A stretch of DNA of 64,000 nt. Origin: an uncultured Clostridia bacterium. GTDB taxonomy: Bacteria > Bacillota > Clostridia > Oscillospirales > Acutalibacteraceae. How positions within the stretch are numbered: position 1 is the stretch's first letter; each line of letters opens with the position of its first letter. Where the stretch lies: positions 4,479 through 68,478 of the forward strand of contig CANPXF010000010.1 in NCBI GenBank assembly GCA_947585745.1. Direction: 5' to 3'. A program made the translations under genes and the position numbers. Shown in pieces: positions 30,216-36,811 of the stretch. The notes below the pieces were generated by a model, which did not search any database, was not told the DNA's origin, and worked only from the letters and a program-made list of their open reading frames with translations.

Positions 30216-30374
30216 ATGGGCAGAATTAAGAAATATAACTTTGAAGGCAGCTTTGGCGGGCAAGATTATTAAGTTGTAGCTCAAACTGCTAACGGTATAA
30301 AAATTATTAAAAATAAGGGCAGGAACAACAATGCACCGATGCTTTTATATATGCAAGAAATGATAAGACATTAG
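30216..30374 (+). pseudogene. Frameshifted ORF debris
   Basis: MGRIKKYNFEGSFGGQDY* is followed in the +1 frame by VVAQTANGIKIIKNKGRNNNAPMLLYMQEMIRH*. Two short adjoining frames that read like one broken gene. Confidence 0.3.
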
Positions 30375-30462
30375 ATTTGGTAGTTTAAAATAACGATAGA
30401 CGATTATTATAGCGAAGAAAATAATGATTCGGGTAATTACCGAATTATTGGAAAGAGGAAAA

Positions 30463-30705
30463 ATGACATTAAACAAATATCTAAAAGGTAAAACTTTATC
30501 GCCAATAACTCTTTTGCTGATAGAAAAATTAAAGTTATTTTGGGAAAATGACGAAGAATTTATTGTCGGCGTTTTAGTAGACTTAGAGTCAGATTATGAA
30601 AGGCAACAAGTAATTGATTTTATTGACAACGGAGAGAATGTAAATTATGAAAGTATAATTTTACTATCATTAGAGTTATGTCAGCAAAGAGAAAATAAAA
30701 GGTAA
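30463..30705 (+). CDS. Hypothetical small protein (80 aa)
   Basis: MTLNKYLKGKTLSPITLLLIEKLKLFWENDEEF... The ATG at 30463 is behind AGAGGA; the track start at 30424 is also possible. Confidence 0.5.
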   Translation: MTLNKYLKGKTLSPITLLLIEKLKLFWENDEEFIVGVLVDLESDYERQQVIDFIDNGENVNYESIILLSLELCQQRENKR

Positions 30706-30805
30706 AATTAAAAATCATTTATTTGTTCAGGAACACGATAGCTTCAATAGATATAATTATGCCCAATACTGTTATTAAGGAAGTAAGGTTATGGTAAAAA
30801 TATTT

Positions 30806-33534
30806 GCGCGACACGTTCATAGTTGAAAAAACTATGCACTAAATCGAAACTCTATTTTGAGTAAAAATTTCTATTTAGGAGAACTGATAGTCTGATAGGT
30901 GGAATGAAGGGGTAACGCCCTGAAACGCCTACGCTGATACTCCGATGTGCGTTTATGTGTGCAATCACATAGAGGTACAAAGCTCGGTGAAGACGGCTGA
31001 GAGTACACCCAAACAGGTAAAGCTGTGGAAAAGCGAACCAGAGGTGGTCGAGTGTATGATAGGTCGGGCGTCAGTTAAATATGGTGAGTATGGTATTAAA
31101 ATACCTGACGAATTTCTGAATGTACAGGTCTAAAATTTAGATATATAGAAATGTATATACTCGGAAACGAGGGATTGTGGGGTAGAGTAAAAATGAATAT
31201 TATGAAATACCTTATTATGTTAAAGGCATAATCAAGCAATCAGGCTTACAGGAAACACCTAAGTTTAACTAATGATAGGATTATCGGAACGTGGTAAGGT
31301 CAGAACGTCTAATTAAACCGATTGCACGGGGGCGTTATTGAGGAAACGGCTCTAATTGAATAAAGGAAGTCGAGGGAACTCAATTTTATCTGACTGAAGG
31401 TGACGGCACAGTACCAATGAAGTTGTGGATAACACAACAAAGGGATAGCCGTTAGTCAATTTAATATTTAGGGAGAAATATATGTCAATTCATAGAATCG
31501 AGTAAGACAAAAGAATTGTCAACAACGAAAGGAGTTGATATATATATGAAACGGAATAATCATAAATCTACTACCGCTAATTATTATGATTTTCAAAAAG
31601 TGCAGGATAAACTATATTCTGATAGTTTAAACGGTAAGATATTTAAACATTTAATGGATATAATATCAAGCCGTGAAAACATTGAATTAGCATATAGGAA
31701 TATCAAGCAAAATAAAGGAAGTCATACAAGTGGAGTAGATAAACAGAACATAGATGATTTAGCTAAATTAAGTGAAAATGACTATGTTGAAATAATTAGA
31801 AGAAAATTTTCTAATTATCACCCTAAAGCGGTAAGAAGGGTAGAAATACCAAAACCGAATGGAAAGGTAAGACCGCTCGGAATACCGTGTATTAGTGATA
31901 GAATTGTGCAACAATGTATTCTACAGGTACTTGAGCCAATCTGTGAGGCAAAATTCTATGACAAAAGTTATGGATTTAGACCTAACAGAAGTACAGAAAA
32001 TGCCATAGCAGAAGTTGAAAGACTTATGCAAAGGTCACATCTGCACTATGTTGTTGATGTAGACATCAAAGGTTTCTTTGATAATGTCAACCACAGAAAG
32101 CTAATAAGGCAAATTTGGACACTTGGAATACAAGATACCAAATTGTTGCAAATTATTAAGCAAATGCTTAAAGCACCTGTTAAACTCCCAAATGGAGATA
32201 TGCAATACCCTAAAAAGGGTACTCCGCAAGGAGGCATACTATCCCCCCTACTTGCCAATGTTGTTTTAAATGAGCTTGATTGGTGGGTTGCAAGCCAATG
32301 GGTATTATTCCCAAATGAGCTTAAAAATCCGCCAAAAGCCCAATACAATCAAAAAGGCTATAGAAATATGGGACACGAATACAGAATTATGAGAAAAACT
32401 AATCTCAAAGAGATGTATATAGTAAGATATGCAGATGATTTCAAAATCTTCTGTAAAACCAAAAGTGACGCGATAAAAATTAAAACCGCAGTCATAGATT
32501 GGCTATCTTACAGACTAAAGCTTGAAGTATCAAAAGATAAAACAGGCATAACAAATCTCAAAAGAAGATATAGTGAATTTCTCGGTTTTAAAATCAAACT
32601 GCAAACGAAATGCAATAAAAGTGTAGTTAATGCTCGTATGTGCGACAAAGCCGTACAACGAACAACTGATAAACTTATTAACCAAATTAAGTTGATACAA
32701 CATCCTGAAGATAAAGCTAAACTTTATCAAAGGATAAATGTATATAACTCAATGGTAATGGGAATTCAGAATTACTACCAAATTGCAAATAATGTTTGTA
32801 GAGATTTTAATAAAATACAATTCGCGGTCAGTCGAGTAATAAAAAACCGATTGACAGTCGCTAAAAAAGGTGAGGTTCAAAATGTGATATTAAGAGAGAG
32901 ATATGGTAATTCAGCCCAAATGAGGTGGGTTAACGGCATACCCATTGTACCCATAGGATATTGCAAAAGCAGAAATCCTATGAGCAAAAAGGCAATTGTT
33001 AATCAATACACTCCAGAGGGCAGAAAAGAACTATTCAAGCCACCTGATGTTGATTTTGGGGTTATGTATTATTTAATGCAAAATCCTATTCAAAACAGGT
33101 CGATTGAGTACAACGATAACAGAATTTCGTTATATTGTGCTCAACATGGCAAATGTGCTATAACGGGCAAAAAGCTCGAAATAGGCTGTATACACTGTCA
33201 TCATAAACTACCCAAAAATATGGGTGGTACTGACAAATATAAAAATTTGATACTCGTTAGTGACGAAGTACATAGGCTTATTCATAGCACTAAGTTTGAA
33301 ACCGTATCCGAATACCTGTCAAAATTAAAACTTGACAAGGAACAAATATCAAAATTGAACAAACTGCGAGTTATGGCAGAATTGGAAGAAATCAAACAAT
33401 AACAAATGATTATATCTTGTAACATATATTTCAGATAAGGAATATTAAATTGATGGGGCGCCGTGTGCGATGAAAGTCGCACGCACGGTGTTAAGCGGGG
33501 GAAAAGTCGGAGATAATATCAAAGACTTACCTAT
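30806..33534 (+). mobile_element. Group II intron (ORF-containing, RT/X/HNH type)
   Basis: Textbook domain V GCGCCGTGTGCGATGAAAGTCGCACGCACGGTGT (33458-33491). Domain VI has a bulged A and ends ...GACTTACCTAT (AY 3' end at 33534). The IEP ORF lies in domain IV. Flanking exons join in frame. The 5' end is inferred from exon joining and is non-canonical (GCGCG); a canonical GTGCG lies at 30946. Confidence 0.85.
31546..33402 (+). CDS. ltrA: Group II intron-encoded protein: reverse transcriptase / maturase / HNH endonuclease
   Basis: RT blocks RRVEIPKPNGKVRPLGIPCISDRIVQQ, YGFRPNRS, DIKGFFDNVNH, GTPQGGILSPLLANVVLNELD, YVRYADDFKIF. Includes a maturase X region and a C-terminal CxxC...HHKLPKNMGG...H HNH motif. 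ATG at 31546 is behind GAAAGGAG. Confidence 0.95.
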   Translation: MKRNNHKSTTANYYDFQKVQDKLYSDSLNGKIFKHLMDIISSRENIELAYRNIKQNKGSHTSGVDKQNIDDLAKLSENDYVEIIRRKFSNYHPKAVRRVEIPKPNGKVRPLGIPCISDRIVQQCILQVLEPICEAKFYDKSYGFRPNRSTENAIAEVERLMQRSHLHYVVDVDIKGFFDNVNHRKLIRQIWTLGIQDTKLLQIIKQMLKAPVKLPNGDMQYPKKGTPQGGILSPLLANVVLNELDWWVASQWVLFPNELKNPPKAQYNQKGYRNMGHEYRIMRKTNLKEMYIVRYADDFKIFCKTKSDAIKIKTAVIDWLSYRLKLEVSKDKTGITNLKRRYSEFLGFKIKLQTKCNKSVVNARMCDKAVQRTTDKLINQIKLIQHPEDKAKLYQRINVYNSMVMGIQNYYQIANNVCRDFNKIQFAVSRVIKNRLTVAKKGEVQNVILRERYGNSAQMRWVNGIPIVPIGYCKSRNPMSKKAIVNQYTPEGRKELFKPPDVDFGVMYYLMQNPIQNRSIEYNDNRISLYCAQHGKCAITGKKLEIGCIHCHHKLPKNMGGTDKYKNLILVSDEVHRLIHSTKFETVSEYLSKLKLDKEQISKLNKLRVMAELEEIKQ

Positions 33535-33768
33535 CGCAACGATATAAAAAAGAACGATAATATTGTTTCGTGTAGCTATACACCTGAAACGAGTACATTG
33601 AAAGGTTATGTCGAAATTGATGTGACAACCCACGAAGTGAAGAATGTAAAATATTCTGATTATGAATATGGTAAAAAAATGTACGTCGCTCACGTTCGTT
33701 CAAAATTATCTGAATTGCTTAAAACCAATAATCCACTTCCAAAAGAAATTACAGTAAATTGGTATTGA
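33535..33768 (+). CDS. 3' exon of an intron-split small gene (exon 1 = 30791-30805, ATGGTAAAAATATTT)
   Basis: Joining 30791-30805 to 33535-33768 gives an 82-aa protein: MVKIF|RNDIKKNDNIVSCSYTPE...AHVRSKLSELLKTNNPLPKEITVNWY*. It aligns end to end with the neighbouring 79-aa ORF: MIKLEKINKNNNLIVCDAFVED...AHISKAKMFLLSLVGMGEIPKEKTIMWY*. Confidence 0.7.
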   Translation, partial: RNDIKKNDNIVSCSYTPETSTLKGYVEIDVTTHEVKNVKYSDYEYGKKMYVAHVRSKLSELLKTNNPLPKEITVNWY

Positions 33769-33820
33769 TTAGTAATTTAAAAAAACGTATATAATTATTC
33801 AAAGGAGGCTAAAACATACT

Positions 33821-34060
33821 ATGATAAAATTAGAAAAGATAAACAAAAATAACAATTTAATAGTTTGTGACGCCTTTGTTGAAGATTGCGACAAGCCTAT
33901 TCACCTTTCTTTAGATGTGAATAAAAAAGAATTTGAAAAATTTAGTTTTCCCGATAATTACGAATGGTGTACGGCACATATTAGTAAGGCAAAGATGTTT
34001 TTACTTTCGCTTGTTGGTATGGGAGAAATTCCCAAAGAAAAAACAATAATGTGGTATTGA
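33821..34060 (+). CDS. Hypothetical small protein, intact paralog of the intron-split gene
   Basis: Shared M(I/V)K(L/I) start, N-x-IV-x-C/S, AH(I/V)-x-K and P-K-E-x-T-(I/V)-x-WY C-terminus. RBS AAAGGAGG. Confidence 0.7.
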   Translation: MIKLEKINKNNNLIVCDAFVEDCDKPIHLSLDVNKKEFEKFSFPDNYEWCTAHISKAKMFLLSLVGMGEIPKEKTIMWY

Positions 34061-34096
34061 TTATTAAAGCTCAGGTTTACCAATTCAGGAGGGAAA

Positions 34097-34357
34097 ATGA
34101 ACACTATAACTTTTTTAGGGAAAACTGTCACTTATGATACAATCAAAAATGACGCAAAAAATAAAGCGTATATGATAATTGATTTTATGCGCCCTGAATA
34201 TGAGGGGAAATATACTGAGGATATAAAGCTTACACGAAAAGCATTGATGGAATTACTAAAAGAAGAACCCGAAAATCCTAAAAAACAAATGTGGGAAGAT
34301 ACAATAAAAAGAATTGATTGGTATCTGAATAACGGTAATATGAAATTTCCCTTATAA
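34097..34357 (+). CDS. Hypothetical small protein (86 aa)
   Basis: RBS AGGAGGG. A terminator hairpin gacacc-tttttt-ggtgtc follows immediately. Confidence 0.6.
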   Translation: MNTITFLGKTVTYDTIKNDAKNKAYMIIDFMRPEYEGKYTEDIKLTRKALMELLKEEPENPKKQMWEDTIKRIDWYLNNGNMKFPL

Positions 34358-34532
34358 TGACACCTTTTTTGGTGTCCTTTAGTGCGTGGAAATACCCCAA
34401 CAGGCTTAAACTTTAACAAAAGAAAACCGTCGAAAAAGGAACGGCGATTGTTTATGATAGCAATATACGGATAGCTTTTGGTTAAAATTGTTGTTTAGCT
34501 AATAGAAAAGCTAATTGAAAGGTGGTGAGAAT

Positions 34533-34964
34533 GTGAAAGCATTATCAGTAAGAAACCCATATGCCAATGACATTTTTTGCGACTACAAAAAATATGAGTT
34601 TAGAACGTGGTCTACAAACTACAGGGGTGACCTGTTAATCTGTAGTACAGCTAACCCGAAGATTATTGGCACGATATGTGGCTACGCTCTTTGTGTTGTA
34701 CGCCTCAATGATGTAATAGAGGTTACGACGAAGAACTACAAAGATTTTAATCTTGACGAAAAGCCCGAGGGCAAATTGTACGCGTGGCAACTCACAGACA
34801 ACAGAACTATAATGCCGTTCGCTGTTAAAGGTAAACTGAATTTCTTTGATGTTGACGACGCAAAAATTGAGTTTGTGCCTGATTTTATCTCTGATAAGAA
34901 TGAAGCAAAAAAGTTTGAAGAATATATACAATCTATTGTGTATAAAGGCAGGAAAAACCCGTAA
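34533..34964 (+). CDS. ASCH (PUA-like) domain protein
   Basis: KALSVRNPYANDIFCDYKKYEFRTWSTNYRGDLLICST...GYALCVVRLNDV. GTG at 34533 is behind AAAGGTGGTGAG. Confidence 0.7.
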   Translation: MKALSVRNPYANDIFCDYKKYEFRTWSTNYRGDLLICSTANPKIIGTICGYALCVVRLNDVIEVTTKNYKDFNLDEKPEGKLYAWQLTDNRTIMPFAVKGKLNFFDVDDAKIEFVPDFISDKNEAKKFEEYIQSIVYKGRKNP

Positions 34965-34994
34965 CTTTCAATCAGAAAAGTTACGGGCTTTTTT
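34953..34994. terminator. Bidirectional terminator (ASCH gene / RHH gene)
   Basis: cccgtaactttc-aatca-gaaaagttacggg stem with A-run and T-run flanks. It overlaps both stop codons. Confidence 0.6.
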
Positions 34995-35166
34995 CTATTG
35001 TTTCGTAAATTGCGCGGTTTATAAATGCGTTTAGACTTTCACCGTGTTCTTTAGCATAGAGCTTTAGTTTGTCTTTTTCACCTTTTTTTACTTTTAATTC
35101 TATTCGGTCATAAGACTTAGCGTTATATTTTGCTACAGCTCTGCGCTGTGCTTCCGAAATTGGCAT
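34981..35166 (-). CDS. Arc/CopG ribbon-helix-helix DNA-binding protein
   Basis: MPISEAQRRAVAKYNAKSYDRIELKVKKGEKDKLKLYAKEHGESLNAFINRAIYETIE is the typical Firmicute Arc-family pattern. ATG at 35166 is behind AAGGTGG. Confidence 0.8.
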   Translation of the reverse strand: MPISEAQRRAVAKYNAKSYDRIELKVKKGEKDKLKLYAKEHGESLNAFINRAIYETIEKSP

Positions 35167-35184
35167 TTTAAACACCACCTTTTA

Positions 35185-35213
35185 TTGACAATTCATTTTT
35201 GTTGTGCTAATAT
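35185..35213 (+). promoter_or_regulatory. Near-consensus sigma-A promoter firing antisense into the small-peptide gene
   Basis: TTGACA (35185-35190), 17 nt, TAATAT (35208-35213). Confidence 0.5.
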
Positions 35214-35377
35214 ACAGGTGAAAGGAAACGGTTTTGACCGTTTCGCGAAAACAAATTATTTGGAAGTAACCGTCTGTGTTCCACTACAGGGCGGTTACTT
35301 CTTTTTATATTTCTGATGACTTCGCACAGAGCTATAAGCACAAAATATAATAAGTACATAATATCCGTCATATCCAT
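35207..35377 (-). CDS. Small hydrophobic peptide, type I toxin-like (56 aa)
   Basis: Below the track cutoff: MDMTDIMYLLYFVLIALCEVIRNIKRSNRPVVEHRRLLPNNLFSRNGQNRFLSPVY*. One TM helix followed by a basic tail. Strong SD AGGGGGGTG. Upstream promoter TTGCCG-17-TATAAT (35439-35467). The 5' UTR hairpin CUCCCUU/AAGGGGG can sequester the SD. Confidence 0.45.
   Translation of the reverse strand: MDMTDIMYLLYFVLIALCEVIRNIKRSNRPVVEHRRLLPNNLFSRNGQNRFLSPVY
35220..35306 (+). ncRNA. Candidate antisense sRNA (type I antitoxin-like), about 85 nt
   Basis: Bounded by the promoter above and an intrinsic terminator gaagtaaccg...cggttacttc plus TTTTT (35263-35306). Fully complementary to the 3' two-thirds of the 56-codon ORF on the other strand. 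No protein-coding potential. Confidence 0.4.
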
Positions 35378-35827
35378 ATAAACACCCCCCTTTCATCAAG
35401 GGAGCAGAAACAGCCGCCACCGTTTCCTTACGATTAATATTATATCAAAATTATATACTGACGGCAATATACATAATGTACAAATATCAAGATTTATCTT
35501 TGTTAATTTTGCCTATCGAAATATACTGACGTCAGTAGTATAATATATATATAAGATAAAGAAAGGGAAAAACAAAACAATCAAGGTCAGAGAAAGGAGA
35601 AATGTAAATTGCTTGACCAAATAAAAAGCTCATTAAGTTGTTGGAGCAACTTAACAAGCTTCTTTTGAAAGCTATTGAATTACTTGGAACACTAACCTTG
35701 TTAATCTTAGCAATCAAAAGTTTAATCGAAGTTTTCGGTTATTAAACCGACAGGGGCGGTGTAACAACCGCCCTCCCGTAAAGGAGTTATTATTATAGTA
35801 CAACGAATTTATAGAGGTGTCAACATT

Positions 35828-35929
35828 ATGTTTAAAAAATTAGGATTTGAAACGGTAAAGGTATTGAGCCTGTCAGCGATAATTATTTTAGTAATATACG
35901 GAATTATTCATTTTGTATTGAGGGGTTAA
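35828..35929 (+). CDS. Small membrane peptide (33 aa)
   Basis: MFKKLGFETVKVLSLSAIIILVIYGIIHFVLRG*, with GAGGTG 8 nt upstream of the ATG. Confidence 0.35.
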   Translation: MFKKLGFETVKVLSLSAIIILVIYGIIHFVLRG

Positions 35930-35966
35930 TAATAAAACACGGCACAGAATGTATTTTGAAGTTTTC

Positions 35967-35997
35967 TTAACGCTCGGCTTAAAGTCCTGTCACCTAT
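35967..35997 (+). repeat. 31-nt direct repeat copy A containing an inverted tRNA-Leu T-arm/acceptor segment
   Basis: ttaacgctcggcttAaagtcctgtcacctat has one mismatch to copy B at 36384-36414. Confidence 0.8.
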
Positions 35998-36265
35998 TAG
36001 TTTTTTGATAATAAATCAGGGAGTATCAAAAGATACTCCCTAATTCATTGGTATATTACTTTTATAATTTTTCGTATATAGTATTTTCAAAGCGCCGAAG
36101 GCGCAATCGCAAAAGGTTGTTAGCGACAGCGAGCCGTTGGGAGGGCGTTTACAACCGAGCAGGCGAGCCGAACGTGACCTTTTGCGAAAAAGGAGGAGCA
36201 GTCAAGCGGGCGACTGATTTTTTGTAAAGTACAAAAAATCGGAGCAAGCGACACTTGCTCCGACG

Positions 36266-36279
36266 TGGTGCGGGTGACA
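36266..36279 (-). repeat. 14-nt duplicate of the tRNA-Leu 3' end (att-scar-like)
   Basis: Plus strand tggtgcgggtgaca is identical to 36464-36477, the 3' terminus of the tRNA gene, in the same orientation. Confidence 0.6.
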
Positions 36280-36383
36280 TATGTTCATATTAATAAAACT
36301 TATTCTTCGCCTGTTGGGGCGTGTAGCATAGCTAAAAAATTCATAAACGCTCCTCGCTAAAAATGTCCCGCAGGGACATTTTT

Positions 36384-36414
36384 TTAACGCTCGGCTTCAA
36401 GTCCTGTCACCTAT
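36384..36414 (+). repeat. 31-nt direct repeat copy B
   Basis: ttaacgctcggcttCaagtcctgtcacctat. Its core ttcaagtcctgtcacc (36396-36411) is the exact reverse complement of 36471-36486 inside the tRNA gene. Confidence 0.8.
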
Positions 36415-36424
36415 GTAAATGTAT

Positions 36425-36460
36425 AAAAGCCCACAACGGATAAATCCGTTATGAGCTTTT
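36425..36460 (-). terminator. Terminator of tRNA-Leu
   Basis: Reverse strand: aaaagctcataacgga-ttta-tccgttgtgggctttt, followed by a T-rich tail. Confidence 0.5.
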
Positions 36461-36463
36461 ATA

Positions 36464-36547
36464 TGGTGCGGGTGACAGGACTTGAACCTGCACGGTGTTG
36501 CCACAAGAACCTAAATCTTGCGCGTCTGCCAATTCCGCCACACCCGC
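36464..36547 (-). tRNA. tRNA-Leu (anticodon UAG), CCA encoded
   Basis: Reverse strand GCGGGTGTGGCGGAATTGGCAGACGCGCAAGATTTAGGTTCTTGTGGCAACACCGTGCAGGTTCAAGTCCTGTCACCCGCACCA. Cloverleaf with a long variable arm and anticodon loop TTTAGGT. Confidence 0.95.
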
Positions 36548-36564
36548 ATTTAAACACAAGTGTC

Positions 36565-36593
36565 ATTATATATGATATACTATGTTTTGTCAA
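36565..36593 (-). promoter_or_regulatory. Sigma-A promoter of tRNA-Leu
   Basis: Reverse strand TTGACA, 17 nt, TATAAT, about 17 nt upstream of the mature 5' end. Confidence 0.5.
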
Positions 36594-36690
36594 ACCAAAA
36601 AATTTCTTGTTTGTAATTTAAAATTAACTTTTAGTAATATTAAACAATAAATATGAAAAAATTTTGTATATAAAAACAATAAAATGTAAC

Positions 36691-36745
36691 TTGAAAATCG
36701 CAATATATTGTGCTAAGATATTAGTAATCCACAAAATACAGTTGG
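36691..36745 (+). promoter_or_regulatory. Promoter with two putative NrdR boxes
   Basis: TTGAAA (36691-36696), 17 nt, TAAGAT (36714-36719). The spacer holds tcgCAATATATTGTGc (palindromic core CAATATATTG). A second, weaker box ccACAAAATACAGTtgg lies about 31 nt downstream, which is the usual NrdR box spacing. Confidence 0.4.
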
Positions 36746-36811
36746 AGGATATGAAAAATTCGATGAAATTGTGTTTATAAAAATTTTAAAATTCGGAAAG
36801 GAAGGTACAAA

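Noticed and set aside
30945-31133. 62-aa ORF inside the intron 5' region
   Set aside because: It lies in group II intron domain I RNA and starts within the GTGCG motif. It has no RBS, and structured ribozyme sequence explains it better.
33445-33693. 82-aa minus-strand ORF (and 33282-33482)
   Set aside because: It overlaps intron domains V/VI and the 3' exon on the opposite strand. The 3' exon frame is supported by paralog alignment.
35532-35717. 61-aa minus-strand ORF
   Set aside because: No RBS, odd composition (ends LYLIYILYY), and it runs antisense to a region with plus-strand SD-like signals. Not supported.
36296-36352. 14-codon minus-strand ORF (MNFLAMLHAPTGEE*) with GAGGAG upstream, between the tRNA-end repeats
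   Set aside because: Too short and featureless to call, and it lies in apparent att-scar DNA.
36751-36780. Mini-ORF MKNSMKLCL* in the leader of the NrdD-like gene
   Set aside because: The GGAGG is only 2 nt from the first ATG. The ORF is very short and nothing supports a leader-peptide mechanism.
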